Shown here piece by piece: positions 11,999 through 23,816 of a DNA stretch of 64,000 nucleotides. The notes under the pieces were generated by a model, which searched no databases, had not been told where the DNA came from, and worked only from the letters and a program-made list of their open reading frames with translations. The DNA comes from Basidiobolus meristosporus CBS 931.73 (Eukaryota; Fungi; Basidiobolomycota): NCBI GenBank assembly GCA_002104905.1, contig MCFE01000044.1, positions 62,001-126,000 of the forward strand, read 5' to 3'. Numbering within the stretch: position 1 is the first letter of the stretch; each line of letters opens with the position of its first letter. Made by a program: the position numbers and the translations under genes.

Positions 11999-14900
11999 AT
12001 GACTTCTACCAGCAAACAAAGCAATACCAACATCTTCCCTGTAAAGGAGAGGTTTGATGGGAAGAACTACAGACTTTGGAGAATCAAGATGCAGATCCAC
12101 CTTGAGGAAAGAAAGCTTTGGAACATAGTAACAGGAAAGGAAGTTGAGCCCAAAGGAACAGCAGAAGATGTGGAGAAGTTTCAAGAGAAGGAGAGAAAGG
12201 CCTTTAATGCAATATGCATCAATGTGCAAGACTCCTTCATTGGACAAATCCATGCCTCAAATACTGCCAAAGCAGCATGGGAATCCTTAGAGAAGATCTT
12301 TAGAGCAAAGTCAGTATCAAGCAAGCTTTGTTTGAAACAAAAGTTCTTCAACATCAGAAAAAAGCCAGATGATGACATGCTACAACTCATTACCAGAATG
12401 GAGACACTTACAGAAGAACTTTACAGTATTAATGCTGGTGTAGATGATGAAGAAAAGATACTCTGTCTGCTTTGCAGCCTACCAGACAAGTATGAGCCAC
12501 TCATACTTTCTTTTGAAAGCAGAGAAGACAACTTGACTTTAGACTATGTCACAGGAAGACTTCTCCATGAAGAACTCAGACGTAATGATCAAGCAGAGAA
12601 AATTGAAGATAATGCTTTATTCAGTTCAGAAAGGCATACAGAAAAGAAGGGAAAGCAACAAAACCAAAGAAAACCTGGCTGCTGTAACTACTGTAAGAAG
12701 CCAGGACACTGGGCAAGAGAATGCAAGAAGAAACAAGCAGACAAAAAACCAAAACTAGAGCAGGCAAACCATATAACTACTGATGAACAGCTATTTGTCA
12801 CTGTACAAGAGAGTGCAAGTAACCAAAGTAATGAATGGTATATTGACTCTGGAGCATCACAGCATATTTGTGGTATAAAGGATTGGTTCAGCAACTTAAA
12901 GACTATTCCCGTAAGAAAGGTTTATCTGGGAGATAACTCTGCATTGGAAGCTACCGCCAGTGGGTCTATACAACTAAATATGAGTGATAACTCAGGGGCA
13001 ACAACAGCAAAACTGACTGACGTACTCTATGTACCTGGAATAGCTAAGAACCTACTCTCAGTCAGTAAAGCAACTACTCAGGGACTGAAATTTGCTTTTA
13101 CTAAGCTGAGCTGCTCAATATTGAGTGAAAATGGACAAAAATTAGCTTTGGGAATCAGAGATCACAATATATACAAGTTACAATGCAAGATCATTGTACC
13201 TGAGTATGTCAACATTGCTGAAACTGATGAAACCAACTGGGAGACGTGGCATAGGAGGCTAGGACACATAGGGGAACAGAAAATGAGCCAATTGGTGAAA
13301 AATCAGCTTGTTTTGGGCCTAAAATACTCGAATTCCAATCAAATTGAATGTTTGTAAGGGATGTTCATATGGCAAACAAGCTAGGCAATGTTTCAAGAGC
13401 TCAGAAGGCATCAATACCACCAAAATATTGGCTATTGTACACTCAGACATATGTGGCCCCATGAGATCACTGTCCTTTGGAGCCAAGAGATACTTTATGA
13501 CGTTTATTGATGACAAGACAAGATATATATGGGTGTACTTCCTCAAAACAAAGGATGAAGCTTTAGAGACGTTTAAGCACTTCAAGAACATGGCAGAAAC
13601 ACAAACTGGGTGTAAATTGAAGGTACTACGAAGTGACAATGGAGGAGAATACTGCTCAAAGGAGTTTGCAAAATACTGCTTGTCTACTAGTATACTTCAA
13701 CAGACCACAGTTCCTCATACTCCACAGCAAAATGGAGTAGCAGAACGTGCAAATAGAACAATAGTAGAGATGGGAAGATCTATGCTACATGATAAGGGAA
13801 TGGACTACAAGTTTTGGGCTGAATCTGTTGCTACTGCTGTATACATCAAGAACAGATGCCCAACAACAGCACTACAAGATTCTACACCCTTTGAAGCATA
13901 TACAGGCAAAAAACCAGATCTCCAGCACCTCAGGATCTTTGGCATTGATGTTTTTTATCACATCCCTGACAAAAAACGCTCAAAGTTGGAACCAAAGAGT
14001 AGAAAAGGGATCTTTCTTGGGTATTGTGAAGATACTAAAGGGTATAGAGTGTATGATGGCAAAATTCAGAAGCTGATCAAGAGCAGGGACGTTGTATTTG
14101 AGGAGAATTCAGATCAGAAAGCCACAGAAATCATTGGCCAGCTGCCTGATGATGCAATCAACACAAATGAAGAAGATACAAACCAAATCCAGCCAGAGAT
14201 GGAAGATACTTCTACCAGTTCCAGATCAGAACAGATTATCCCAGTTAGGAGATCTACCAGAATAAGAAATGCCCCTGGATCCTGGTGGCAGACATCCAAT
14301 GATCATGAAGAAGCTTATCTTGCTTATGTGCCAAACCTCAGAATCTGGAACAGGCAATGCAAGGTCCAGATGCTACTAAGTGGCAACAAGCCATGCAGGA
14401 GGAGTACCAATCACTGATCAAGGCAAAAACGTGGGAACTGGTAGATTTACCAAATGGGAGAAAGCCAATAGGATGTAGATGGGTCTACAAGATCAAGATA
14501 ACCTCAAATGGTGCTGTTGATAAGTACAAGGCTAGATTGGTAGCTAAAGGCTATTCCCAGATCCAGGGACTAGACTTTAACGAAACATTTGCCCCGGTTG
14601 CCAAGTTTAACTCTATTAGGACAATTCTAGCCCTAGCAGCTGTACACAGTCTAGATCTACACCAAATGGACGTCAAAACAGCCTTTCTAAATGGGGATTT
14701 GCAAGAAACTATATATATGGAGCAACCAGAAGGTTTTACCGATCCAAAAAGCCCCCATAAGGTGTGCAAACTTAGAAAATTGTTGTATGGGCTTAAGCAG
14801 GCACCCAGAGCATGGTATAACAAGATTGACACATATCTAGAGGAAATTGGGTTCTCTTGTAGCACTGCAGATCATAGTATATATGTGAAACAGCTCAAAA

Positions 14901-15916
14901 AGGGTGTGATCATCCTAGTTCTTTATGTGGACAACCTAATTATAGCTACAAGTGATCAAGAGGCACTTAAACAGACAAAATCAGATCTCTTCAGCAAGTT
15001 TGAGATGAAAGATCTTGGAAAATTGAGCTATTTTCTTGGAATTGAGTTCAAGTTTGACATACCTACGCAGAAAATTGTGCTAAATCAGTCTAAGTACATC
15101 AGGGACATTCTTAGACGCTTCAAAATGGAAAATTGCAAACCTGCAGCAACCCCTATGGACAATAACCTGAAATTAAGCAAATCTCAGCCAGTTATAGATG
15201 AAAACGGCTCAAATATGGACCAAAACTTTCCCTATCAATCAATGGTTGGTAGCCTAATGTACTTGATGGTGTCTACTCGTCCAGATATTGCAGTAGCAGT
15301 TGGAATAGTCAGTCAATTCATGCAGAATTATGGATCAGATCAAATTGCAGCAGTTAAGCGGATTTTCAGATATCTACAAGGGACCATAAATATGGTACTG
15401 GAATACTCTGGAGCAGCTAATAGGCAAAAATATGATGGTTATAGTGATTCAGATTGGGGTAGGGATTTGATTGACAGACGCTCTACCACAGGCTATGTAT
15501 TTCTTTATGCTGGTGCAGCTATTACTTGGAATTGCAAGAAACAACCAACTGTGGCACTATCTACAACTGAAGCCAAATATATGGCTGCATGTCAAGCAAC
15601 TAAGGAGGCTATATGGCTACAAAAATTATTCAAAGACTTAGGTTTTAATTCAGGTGAACCAACATGTATTTACAAGGATAATCAAAGTTGTATTTCATTA
15701 GCTAGAAATCCTACTAATCATGCCAGAACTAAGCACATTGATATACAGCATCACTTTGTGAGGGAAGCTATAGAAAATAACTTAGTAGAGCTGGCTTACT
15801 GCCCAACTGACAAAATGGTGGCAGACATATTGACAACACCACTAGCTAGGCCACAGTTTAAGATCCTTAGAGAGAAATTGGGATTAAGAAAATATTTTGT
15901 TGCGGGGGAGTGTTGA
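11999..15916 (+). pseudogene. gag-pol polyprotein broken into three ORFs (11999-13357, 13344-14417, 14357-15916)
   Basis: Gag CCHC knuckle (CNYCKKPGHWAREC), protease WYIDSGAS, integrase HHCC/DDE (HSDICGP, GVAERANR), RT and RNase H (YSDSDW). Frameshifts near 13331 and 14335; YVDN and TEAKY replace YVDD and TEAEY. Confidence 0.95.
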
Positions 15917-16280
15917 AATATTGGACTATTTGGTATCATTCAGCAGCTAAAAATTTACTTAACAATTCTAGGCTAGTCTTAGTCACTGTAGGACTCATTT
16001 ACTGCCTTAACTTTGCCACTTTCTCCAGATATATGATCTTATGATTATTCCCCTATGGTCAGGATCAAATTAGCACTATTACCAAACATTATGTACTAAC
16101 CCTGAAACTGTTACAGAATGCTCCTGAATATTGAGAAACCCTCCCTACTTAGTGATTGCAGCTGTATTACTTCTACAAAGGTATAAATACTGAGCTTCTT
16201 TATGAATAAACAACAGTTCAACTATTATCACTATTTCTTGATAAGTTCCTTATATCCAAATCACTTCTTAAATTGCAACA
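15911..16280 (+). repeat. Family A 3' LTR
   Basis: Near-identical to 11594-11962. Confidence 0.97.
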
Positions 16281-16285
16281 GACCC

Positions 16286-17330
16286 ATCTACCCCAATTTA
16301 CTCAAGGAGATCCCTTGTTAAGCTTCTCTGCAAATACAAGTACTATTGCCCTACAAGGTCTCATCCCACCATCCATGGCAACAAATGTTTATACCCTGGT
16401 CATTTAAGCCTTACACACTGCCCAGAGGACTCCAAGTGTTTGCTCATGACCAACCTAAGCAAAAGATTGAAGCTGGTATCCTAGAGTCTTATCATGAACC
16501 TTATGTTAACAGATGGCTTGTAACCAAAAAGAAGAATGGAAATCACTGATTCAAACAAGACATTTACCTTGCAAATGCTGTTGCTATCAGAGATGCTGCA
16601 GAACAACCATCCATTGACAACTTTGCAGAAAGCCTTAGTGGCCACACCATCTACGCAGCATATGATCTTTGCACAGGATATAACAAGATTCCCCAGATGA
16701 GACATCAAGAATTATGTTAGCACTGCTAACACTATTTGGGCTGCTAAGGATGGTATAACTCAGCCCAGGGGCTACAGACCTTGTGGCTCAGAATCAGAGA
16801 TGTACAATGAGTGTACTCTACCAGTTTATATGCAAGTTACTTGATATCTTTGTTGTCAATATAGGCAACCAAGGACCAAAATTCCTGGACACCATCAAGG
16901 TTATGCCTGGAGTAAGAAAGTTTGTCCATGACAAAATCTTGGACAATGATGCTCTATTGGGAGCTGTTGAAGCAGCAGGACTCAGCATTGGTGGTGAGAA
17001 GAGCAGCTTTACTGTAACAGAGATATACATTGCTGGGCAAATATGCAACAATTTTGATTGTTTGCTTGGAGACTCCATGACACAACAGATATGCACTTGG
17101 CCCACACCGCCAAATCTAAATGAAACTTGTAGTGTTGTAGTAGCTTGTGGGTTCTTTGGATCTGGATAATAAGGTTTCTTGAAATTGCAAACTAATTTAC
17201 CAACAACAATGAAAGTACAATCCAATATCTTGGGAGAAAATACAACAATGCAATACAACTATCAAAAGAGGCCCTGGCATCCCCACCAGCTCTAAGACCT
17301 CTTGACTATTAGAGTACTGAATGCTAACCT
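16286..17330 (+). mobile_element. Decayed Ty3/gypsy reverse transcriptase region (target of the copia A insertion)
   Basis: PW..KPY..PRG, GILE...PY.NRW..KKK.G, ANAV.IRDA, YDLCTGY, then PGVRKFV, AGLSIGGEKS and WPTP; many stops. Confidence 0.85.
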
Positions 17331-18089
17331 GTATTGTTATTCAAGCATAGAAACTTGCACATCTAAATTGGTTTACTTTTATTAATGCTCAAAACTGAGA
17401 GTGGGTGGATGTAAAGTGGTCATAGTGATACCCATGGACAGATGTGCCCATTCCCATATTCTCTACCTCCCTATTTCTCTACTGCCCTTATTTTGGCTTT
17501 ATCCTCTTAATGCAAACCATGTTACTATCCCTACCATTTTCATTCCATATATGGTATCCCTTTGATATGCAGGATCCAGGATACTAATCCCTGATTGATT
17601 GGATATGCTATGCTTCTTAGAACTTTCAGGCATCTACTTAGAACATCATTAGCTCATATTGCTGTTGTAAAGATTTCTATTGAACTTGGTAACCTTCTGG
17701 AACTTCATGACTAGTGATCACTTGACCTAGGAGAAAAGTACATTGGAGAGGTAATCCCTCAACAATAAATCATTATCCCTTTTATCAGTATGCTAACTTC
17801 TTGATTGGTGCAATCACTCATACCTACTGCTACCTGAACCTTCAATCTCAAACCACAAGACACTTCCAGGAAACCACACTGGTAACAACTTACCCTGAAA
17901 GCACCACTTGTGAGAAATACTCAGAGTAGATATTCCTTATTTTATTTGATTCTTTCCCAAGCTTGTCCATGTACAAGCAAAGATACTTTTCTGTCCCTGT
18001 AGCTATTGATCACAGCTGCATTCTCATCAAGTCCCAGCTGATGGAGTTTATAGTTATTTTGACCTTGCAAGATTTAGTACATTGTCATC

Positions 18090-18350
18090 TCATAGAACAT
18101 TGAGCCCAGCACATACTTTTGTTAAGAAGCCAGCTAAGTTTGGGACTGTAGCACAATAGCTTCCTCTTGACAAGCCTATGGCTTTATTCACCTTTACATC
18201 AGAATAGAGGCAAAACCTAAGTAGTCCTAGCAAGCATTTGCCAGAGATTATTGCACCCTGTGAACACCCCACACACAAAACATATGAGAAGTGATGGACC
18301 AATCTCTCCCTTAAGCTTATACACCACCAGGCTGTAGTTGTCACCTTGCA
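18090..18350 (+). mobile_element. Decayed retroelement fragment related to 5150-5400
   Basis: Clear nucleotide similarity to ~5160-5400 (shared CATACTTTTGTTAAG, CCTAGCAAGC, CACAAAACA, CTTATACACCACCA). Confidence 0.45.
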
Positions 18351-18675
18351 CATGCTGAGTATGGAGAGCTTGTGATGCCTCTAGGCTTGCCTCAGTCTTC
18401 TGAATATGGCATGCAGAGTAATAACTCTGAAGAAGAACCTTACAAAAACTTTGTGATAATTCTAATAAAAGGCCATCATAAATTTTAAGTCCTGTGACTA
18501 GGAGGTATTGATCCTGTCAGGACACCATGCAAAGACCATCAAAAAATAATTGCACCTCAATTTGACAAGATACTTGGTCAATATTCTTCATCACAATAAT
18601 ACAAAAGTGACCTTGTATTGGTTCTCTGCCACTTCTCTCACTTTCTGATCCTGAACACTCTATCACATCCAGTGT

Positions 18676-21600
18676 TTGTGTGCATTGATTGGCTATTGCC
18701 TCTTTTCACACTCCTTATTTCCTAACCAGTACCATGTTAGAGTCAATGAAAACCTGGGAACTTGGCTCTTCCAGATTGAAGAAGCTTTCAAGGCTAAAGG
18801 AATTGTTCCAGAAAGCAAGTTACATTATGCAGCCTCTTACCTGGCAGACACAGCATCACAGTGGTACCACAACAAGACCATGTCAGCCACCATGATGAGA
18901 TGCTCTACAATATCTACCTGGGATAAGTCTGTGTTGGAAATTCAGGATGCCTTTGAGCCCCCACACAAACAGACACTTCTAAGAAGAAAGTTGAAGACAC
19001 TCAGACAGAAAGGAATAGTCCAAGAGTACATCTATCAATATAGATGTCTACTTGGGCAAATTGAAAGAATGGACCCTCTGGATCAAGTTGAATACTTTAT
19101 TGATGGGTTGAAAGAATGAACTTGTAAGGATGTGAATTATTGAAGACCTCAGACTATTGAAGAAGCCATCAATATTGCCATTGACTATGACTCAGCTATG
19201 TTTGGAGTTGGGAAGCCCACAATGACTAATCAGAGAGGCTACAATCACTATGAAAGAAGACAATCAGAAGCAGTGCCAATGGAAATAGATGCTATCAAGA
19301 AGAATCCCACCTCAGAAGAATGTATGAAGAAAGGACTTTGCTTCAATTGCCACCAGCAGGGACATATTGCAAAGCACTACCCTCAGAGAAGAAATGGACA
19401 CCAGCCATCAAGAACCTTTAACCATATTGAGGCCATGGAGCATAGTAACATGGAGGATGAACTTGAAGAAGACTCAGACGCACCTTCCATATGACAGAAA
19501 AATACCTATCCCAGATGACCTCAAACCCAGGAAAGCTATTATACTTAAATGGAGTAATCAATGGAGTACCTGCCAAGATCCTGATTGACTCAGGAGCATT
19601 CCATGATTACATGTCAGAGCAATTTGCTTTGAAAGCTGAAGTCAACTTGGAACCCACCAAATCAATGTCAGTCTGAACTGCTGATGGGAATTCTCACATA
19701 ATCAACCATATCACTCAGCCAGTAAGGATGAAGAACAATGACTATGAAGAAGATCTACAGGCCTATATATTTAGGAACTGCAAGTTTGACCTTGTACTTG
19801 GGAAAACCTAGTTACTTTGTCATAATCCATCAATCAGCTGGAGAACCCATGCTACTCAGATCCAGAAGGACAACATGACCTATCAGCTATTACCTGCCAG
19901 ACTGGATTTTAACTTGGCCAATTCCAGTGTGTGTGAAACAAGTGAACTTAGCAAGACACAGTTCTGTAGAGCACTAAGAAAAGGCACCCAGATGTTCCTC
20001 ATGGCACTATTACAGGAGGATTCCTCTACTCCAGTACCCCAGAAGGTCCAGACTCTTTTGAAGGAGTACTCAGACGTATTTTCTAGAAGAGCTTGTAGGC
20101 CTACCACCAGTCAGAGATGTGGATCATGCCATTGGAACAAGAGATAGCCATCCAGTGAGTAAGACACCTTACAGAATGAGTCCATTGGAGTTGGAAGAGA
20201 TGAAGAGACAAATAAATTAGTTACTGGAGCAAGGATATATCAGGCCCAGCAAGTCACCTTGGGAAGCACCAGTACTTTTTGTGAAGAAGAAAGATGGGAC
20301 ACTTAGGATGTTCATTGACTACAGAGCCCTCAACTCAGTTGTTGTGAAGAATAAGTACCCCATACCTTGGATGAATGAGCTTTTGGACCAACTCAATGGA
20401 GCCGATATTTTCAGCAAGATTGACATCATGTCAGGATACAACCAGATTAGGGTGAAGCCAGAAGACATTCCTAAGACAGCATACAGGACCAGATATGGAC
20501 ACTACAAGTACTTAGCCATGAGTTTTGGGCTCACCAATGCCCCTGCAACATTCATGACCCTGATGCAGACAGTCTTCCAGGAGTACTTAGACAAGTTTGA
20601 TAATCTACCTAGATGATGTATTAATATACAGCAAGACAGAAGAGGATCACTTGGTGCACATTGACAAGGTCTTGAAGAAGCTAAGAGAGAACAAGCCTTA
20701 TGGCAAGCTACCCAAGTGTGAATTCTTCAAGGAACATGTTGAATATCTGGGACACATAGTGACTGGCACAGGAGGAACCTTGGACCCTAAGACGGTTGAA
20801 ATTATCAAGAATCTAAAGCAGCCATATAGCATATCAGAGCTCAGATCATTCCTTGGAATGGTTTCCTATTATTGGAGATTTGTCAAGTCCTTTGCAAGTA
20901 TTGCAGCCCCTTTAACTGATATCCTCAAGAAAGACAATACCTACAAGTGGAATATAGCTTGTGAGACTGCCTTCTGGACACTCAAGAATGAACTTGCTAA
21001 GCTGCCAAGCTTAAGAATTCCTGACTTCAGAAAAGAGTATACTCTTTGCACGGATGCTTCAAATTATGCCATTGGTGGAGTGTTGAGCCAAGAACACAAG
21101 GGAAAGGACTACCCCCTTGCCTTTGAATCCAAGAAACTGAACTCAGCAGAATAAAAGTATCCAGTGCATGAGAAGGAGATGCTTGCTATAATACACTGCT
21201 TGAAGACATGGAGATGCTATATTGAAGGAGTCAAATGCCCTGTGAAGACTGATCATGCCTTGTTCAAGTGTATATTTACTCAGAAGGTACTCACTAGAAG
21301 AATGACAAGATGGAGTGAATACATTCAGCAACTTGACTTGGAGATTGTATACTGTCCTGGAAAAAACAACACAGTTGCTGACGCTTTATCAAGATTAGAA
21401 CAAGTTGCACAACTCAACTTGGTGCATGAATCAGATTGGCCTAGCCTATTATCAAAGTACTTTGGAGGACCAAGCCATTCCTAATGAGGTGGATGAAGAT
21501 ATCAAAAAGATAATCCAGGATGAAGCCAGCAAATTTGTAGTACAGGATGAAACACTCTGCCAAATTGTTGATGGAAGCCCTATTGCCTATTTTCCATATG

Positions 21601-23082
21601 TTTCTTGCCTGGATTCAGTACATTAGCTACACAAAGAATATGGACATCTTGGAATTGATGGAACCTATAGCCTTGTGAAAGCCAGAGCATGGTGGCCCAG
21701 AATGAAACATGACATTGAGAAGCTAGTGAAAACATGCCCAAGTTGCCAAATCTACCAAGGCCAACTGCAGAGAATTGCTGAACTCTTTCCCTTGGAGCCT
21801 GTAAAACCATTTGAAATATGAGGAATTGACTTTATTGGAAGACTGCCAACCACCAGGAAATGCAACCATATGATCCTAGTAGCAATTGACCATGCCACTA
21901 AATGGCCAGTGGCTAAAGCTGTACCTATAGCCAGTGAACAAGAAGTTGCAAGTTTCATCTACCATGATATCCTTACAAAGTTTGGATGCCTTGTAGAGAC
22001 TCTATCTGATAGAGGCGCAAACTTTGTGGCAAAGACATTGGAAGCTTACCTTGGAATGCAGCATATCAAGCACCTGAAAACCTCAGCATATCACCCCAGA
22101 ACTAATAGAGTCACTGAACGGTTTAATGGATTATTTGGAAAAATGCTGACCAAGTATGCAAATGGAGCTGTCAGTAGATGGGATGAGAATATAGACCAAG
22201 CACTCTTTGCATGCAGAGTCAGGGTACACAACACCAACCAACAATTGCCACTTTACATAGTGTATGGATGTGAACCAAGGATTCCAGGAGATCTCATACA
22301 ACCAAGGCTTACAGACACCTTAGAAGATGAACTTGGTCAGCCAAGTAGACACTGGCAACTGGAACAAAGACATCAAGAGGCACAGCCCAAAATATCTCAA
22401 AGTGCAGAAAAGATGAAGCAGATATTTGATAAGAATATAGCACCAGAAGCATTGACAGTTGGGAACTTTGTATTGCTAAGAAACAACACTTGGAAGAAGT
22501 TTGAGCCACAATTGACAGGACCATTGAAGATCATCAGAGAATGTCCATTTGCAACTTACCAACTAGTGGACAAACAAGGCAATATCTGGGAAGACTTAGT
22601 GCATAGGGACAGACTCAAGCTTGCAAGACTTGCTGATAATACTGAACCATCAAGATATTGGTATCACAAGAAAAGAGACTCAGGAGAGCCCTCTGAACTT
22701 TAGTAGGGGAAAATGTTCTGATCTGCTGCTTGAATAATTAAGTTAGATCAGTTTTTAGTCAAATCAATTAGTTATATGTTTAGGTTATCAGTATATCAGT
22801 ATTATCTATCAAATTAGTGGCATTAGTCAGCAAATGAATCAGCAGATCCTTATCAGACAGAAATAGATATTTTAAGTAGGACCTTATTGGGTGATGATGA
22901 TGCAATCATATGAGTCATCATCCACAGCCTACATTAGGAGATACTCTTAGTCAGCAATTGATCTGGCATAATGTATATAAGGAGCTGCTAGAACCTCAAT
23001 AAAGATCAATTCAAGTTGTAGTGAATACAATACTAGCTAAACTCCCTACTCCTCTACAACCCTTATACCAAGACTTGTAACA
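18676..23082 (+). mobile_element. Ty3/gypsy element lacking its 5' LTR; gag-PR-RT-RH-IN with many stops/frameshifts; 3' LTR present
   Basis: Gag (18676-19119), CFNCHQQGH knuckle, protease LIDSGA, RT (FVKKKDG, DYRALN, YLDD), RNase H (TDASNYAIGG, EKEMLAI, ADALSR), integrase (CPSCQ, HPRTN..TERFNG), PPT AGTAGGGGAAAA at 22702-22713. Confidence 0.93.
22714..23082 (+). repeat. 3' LTR of the Ty3/gypsy element (end approximate)
   Basis: Starts TGTT after the PPT, contains TATATAAG and AATAAA, and ends TGTAACA. No partner LTR in the window. Confidence 0.65.
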
Positions 23083-23816
23083 CTGCAACACTCTGCTTCC
23101 ATGACTTGGGCACAAACCTTATAGCTTTATTCTATAGTTCATTCACTGGTTACCATATGTTCTGGTCTTCAGCCAGCACTGCAAGGTCTAGCACCTCATC
23201 TGCCAGTCTTTGCAATAAATTGTTGCAATTTTCAAGTGTATATTGTGGAGCACTGCTCTTAAAGTGGTGCTGCAACCACTTGGTGTGCCTATTAATATTC
23301 CAAAATTCCACTGAAGGCATTGTAATAGCCTTTTGAGTTCTTGATATTGTTACTCTGTCTGTTGGTGGGATCTCCACTCTGTCAATAATAGAGAACATGG
23401 AGGCTATGGCAGCCAGATTGCCTTTCACTGCAAACTCATCTACCCCACTGGAGTGTAGCGCAACTAGCTGTACTTCCAAATCTTGTGAAAACAGCTGTTT
23501 TCTTGTTGGTTATTGTTCTGGTCTATGATAGGATGCAGTTTGCTCCAGGCTTACTGCATTCATTGGCAAAACTGCAGCTTTTTCTCAAGCTTCCCTGTAT
23601 ATGTCTTGGGTAGACATTTTTCCCTTCACCTTTTCTTTTATCACTGCCAGGTCTTTCATTGCTTATCTGTCTGAGTGCTTCTTGTCTTGAACTATGTTTT
23701 CTCCTTGATAAATGCCTCTCTGATGCATCTGTGTTGGACTGCTTGTCCCTTGCTGGCATTCTGTAGGCAACCTGATGCTTCTTTCTCACTTGTTCTGAGC
23801 CCTCAGCCCACGCTGC

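Larger units (their letters stand above)
11594..16280 (+). mobile_element. Structurally complete Ty1/copia family A LTR retrotransposon (4687 bp), defective
   Basis: LTRs 11594-11962 and 15911-16280 (2 substitutions + 1 indel). 5-bp TSD GACCC at 11589-11593 and 16281-16285. PBS 11963-11975; PPT GCGGGGGAG 15902-15910. Domain order gag-PR-IN-RT-RH. Confidence 0.98.

Noticed and set aside
14325-14360. Programmed frameshift between integrase and RT in the young copia element
   Set aside because: The older copy near 6870-6900 is one base longer and in frame here, so this is a 1-nt deletion; no slippery site is evident.
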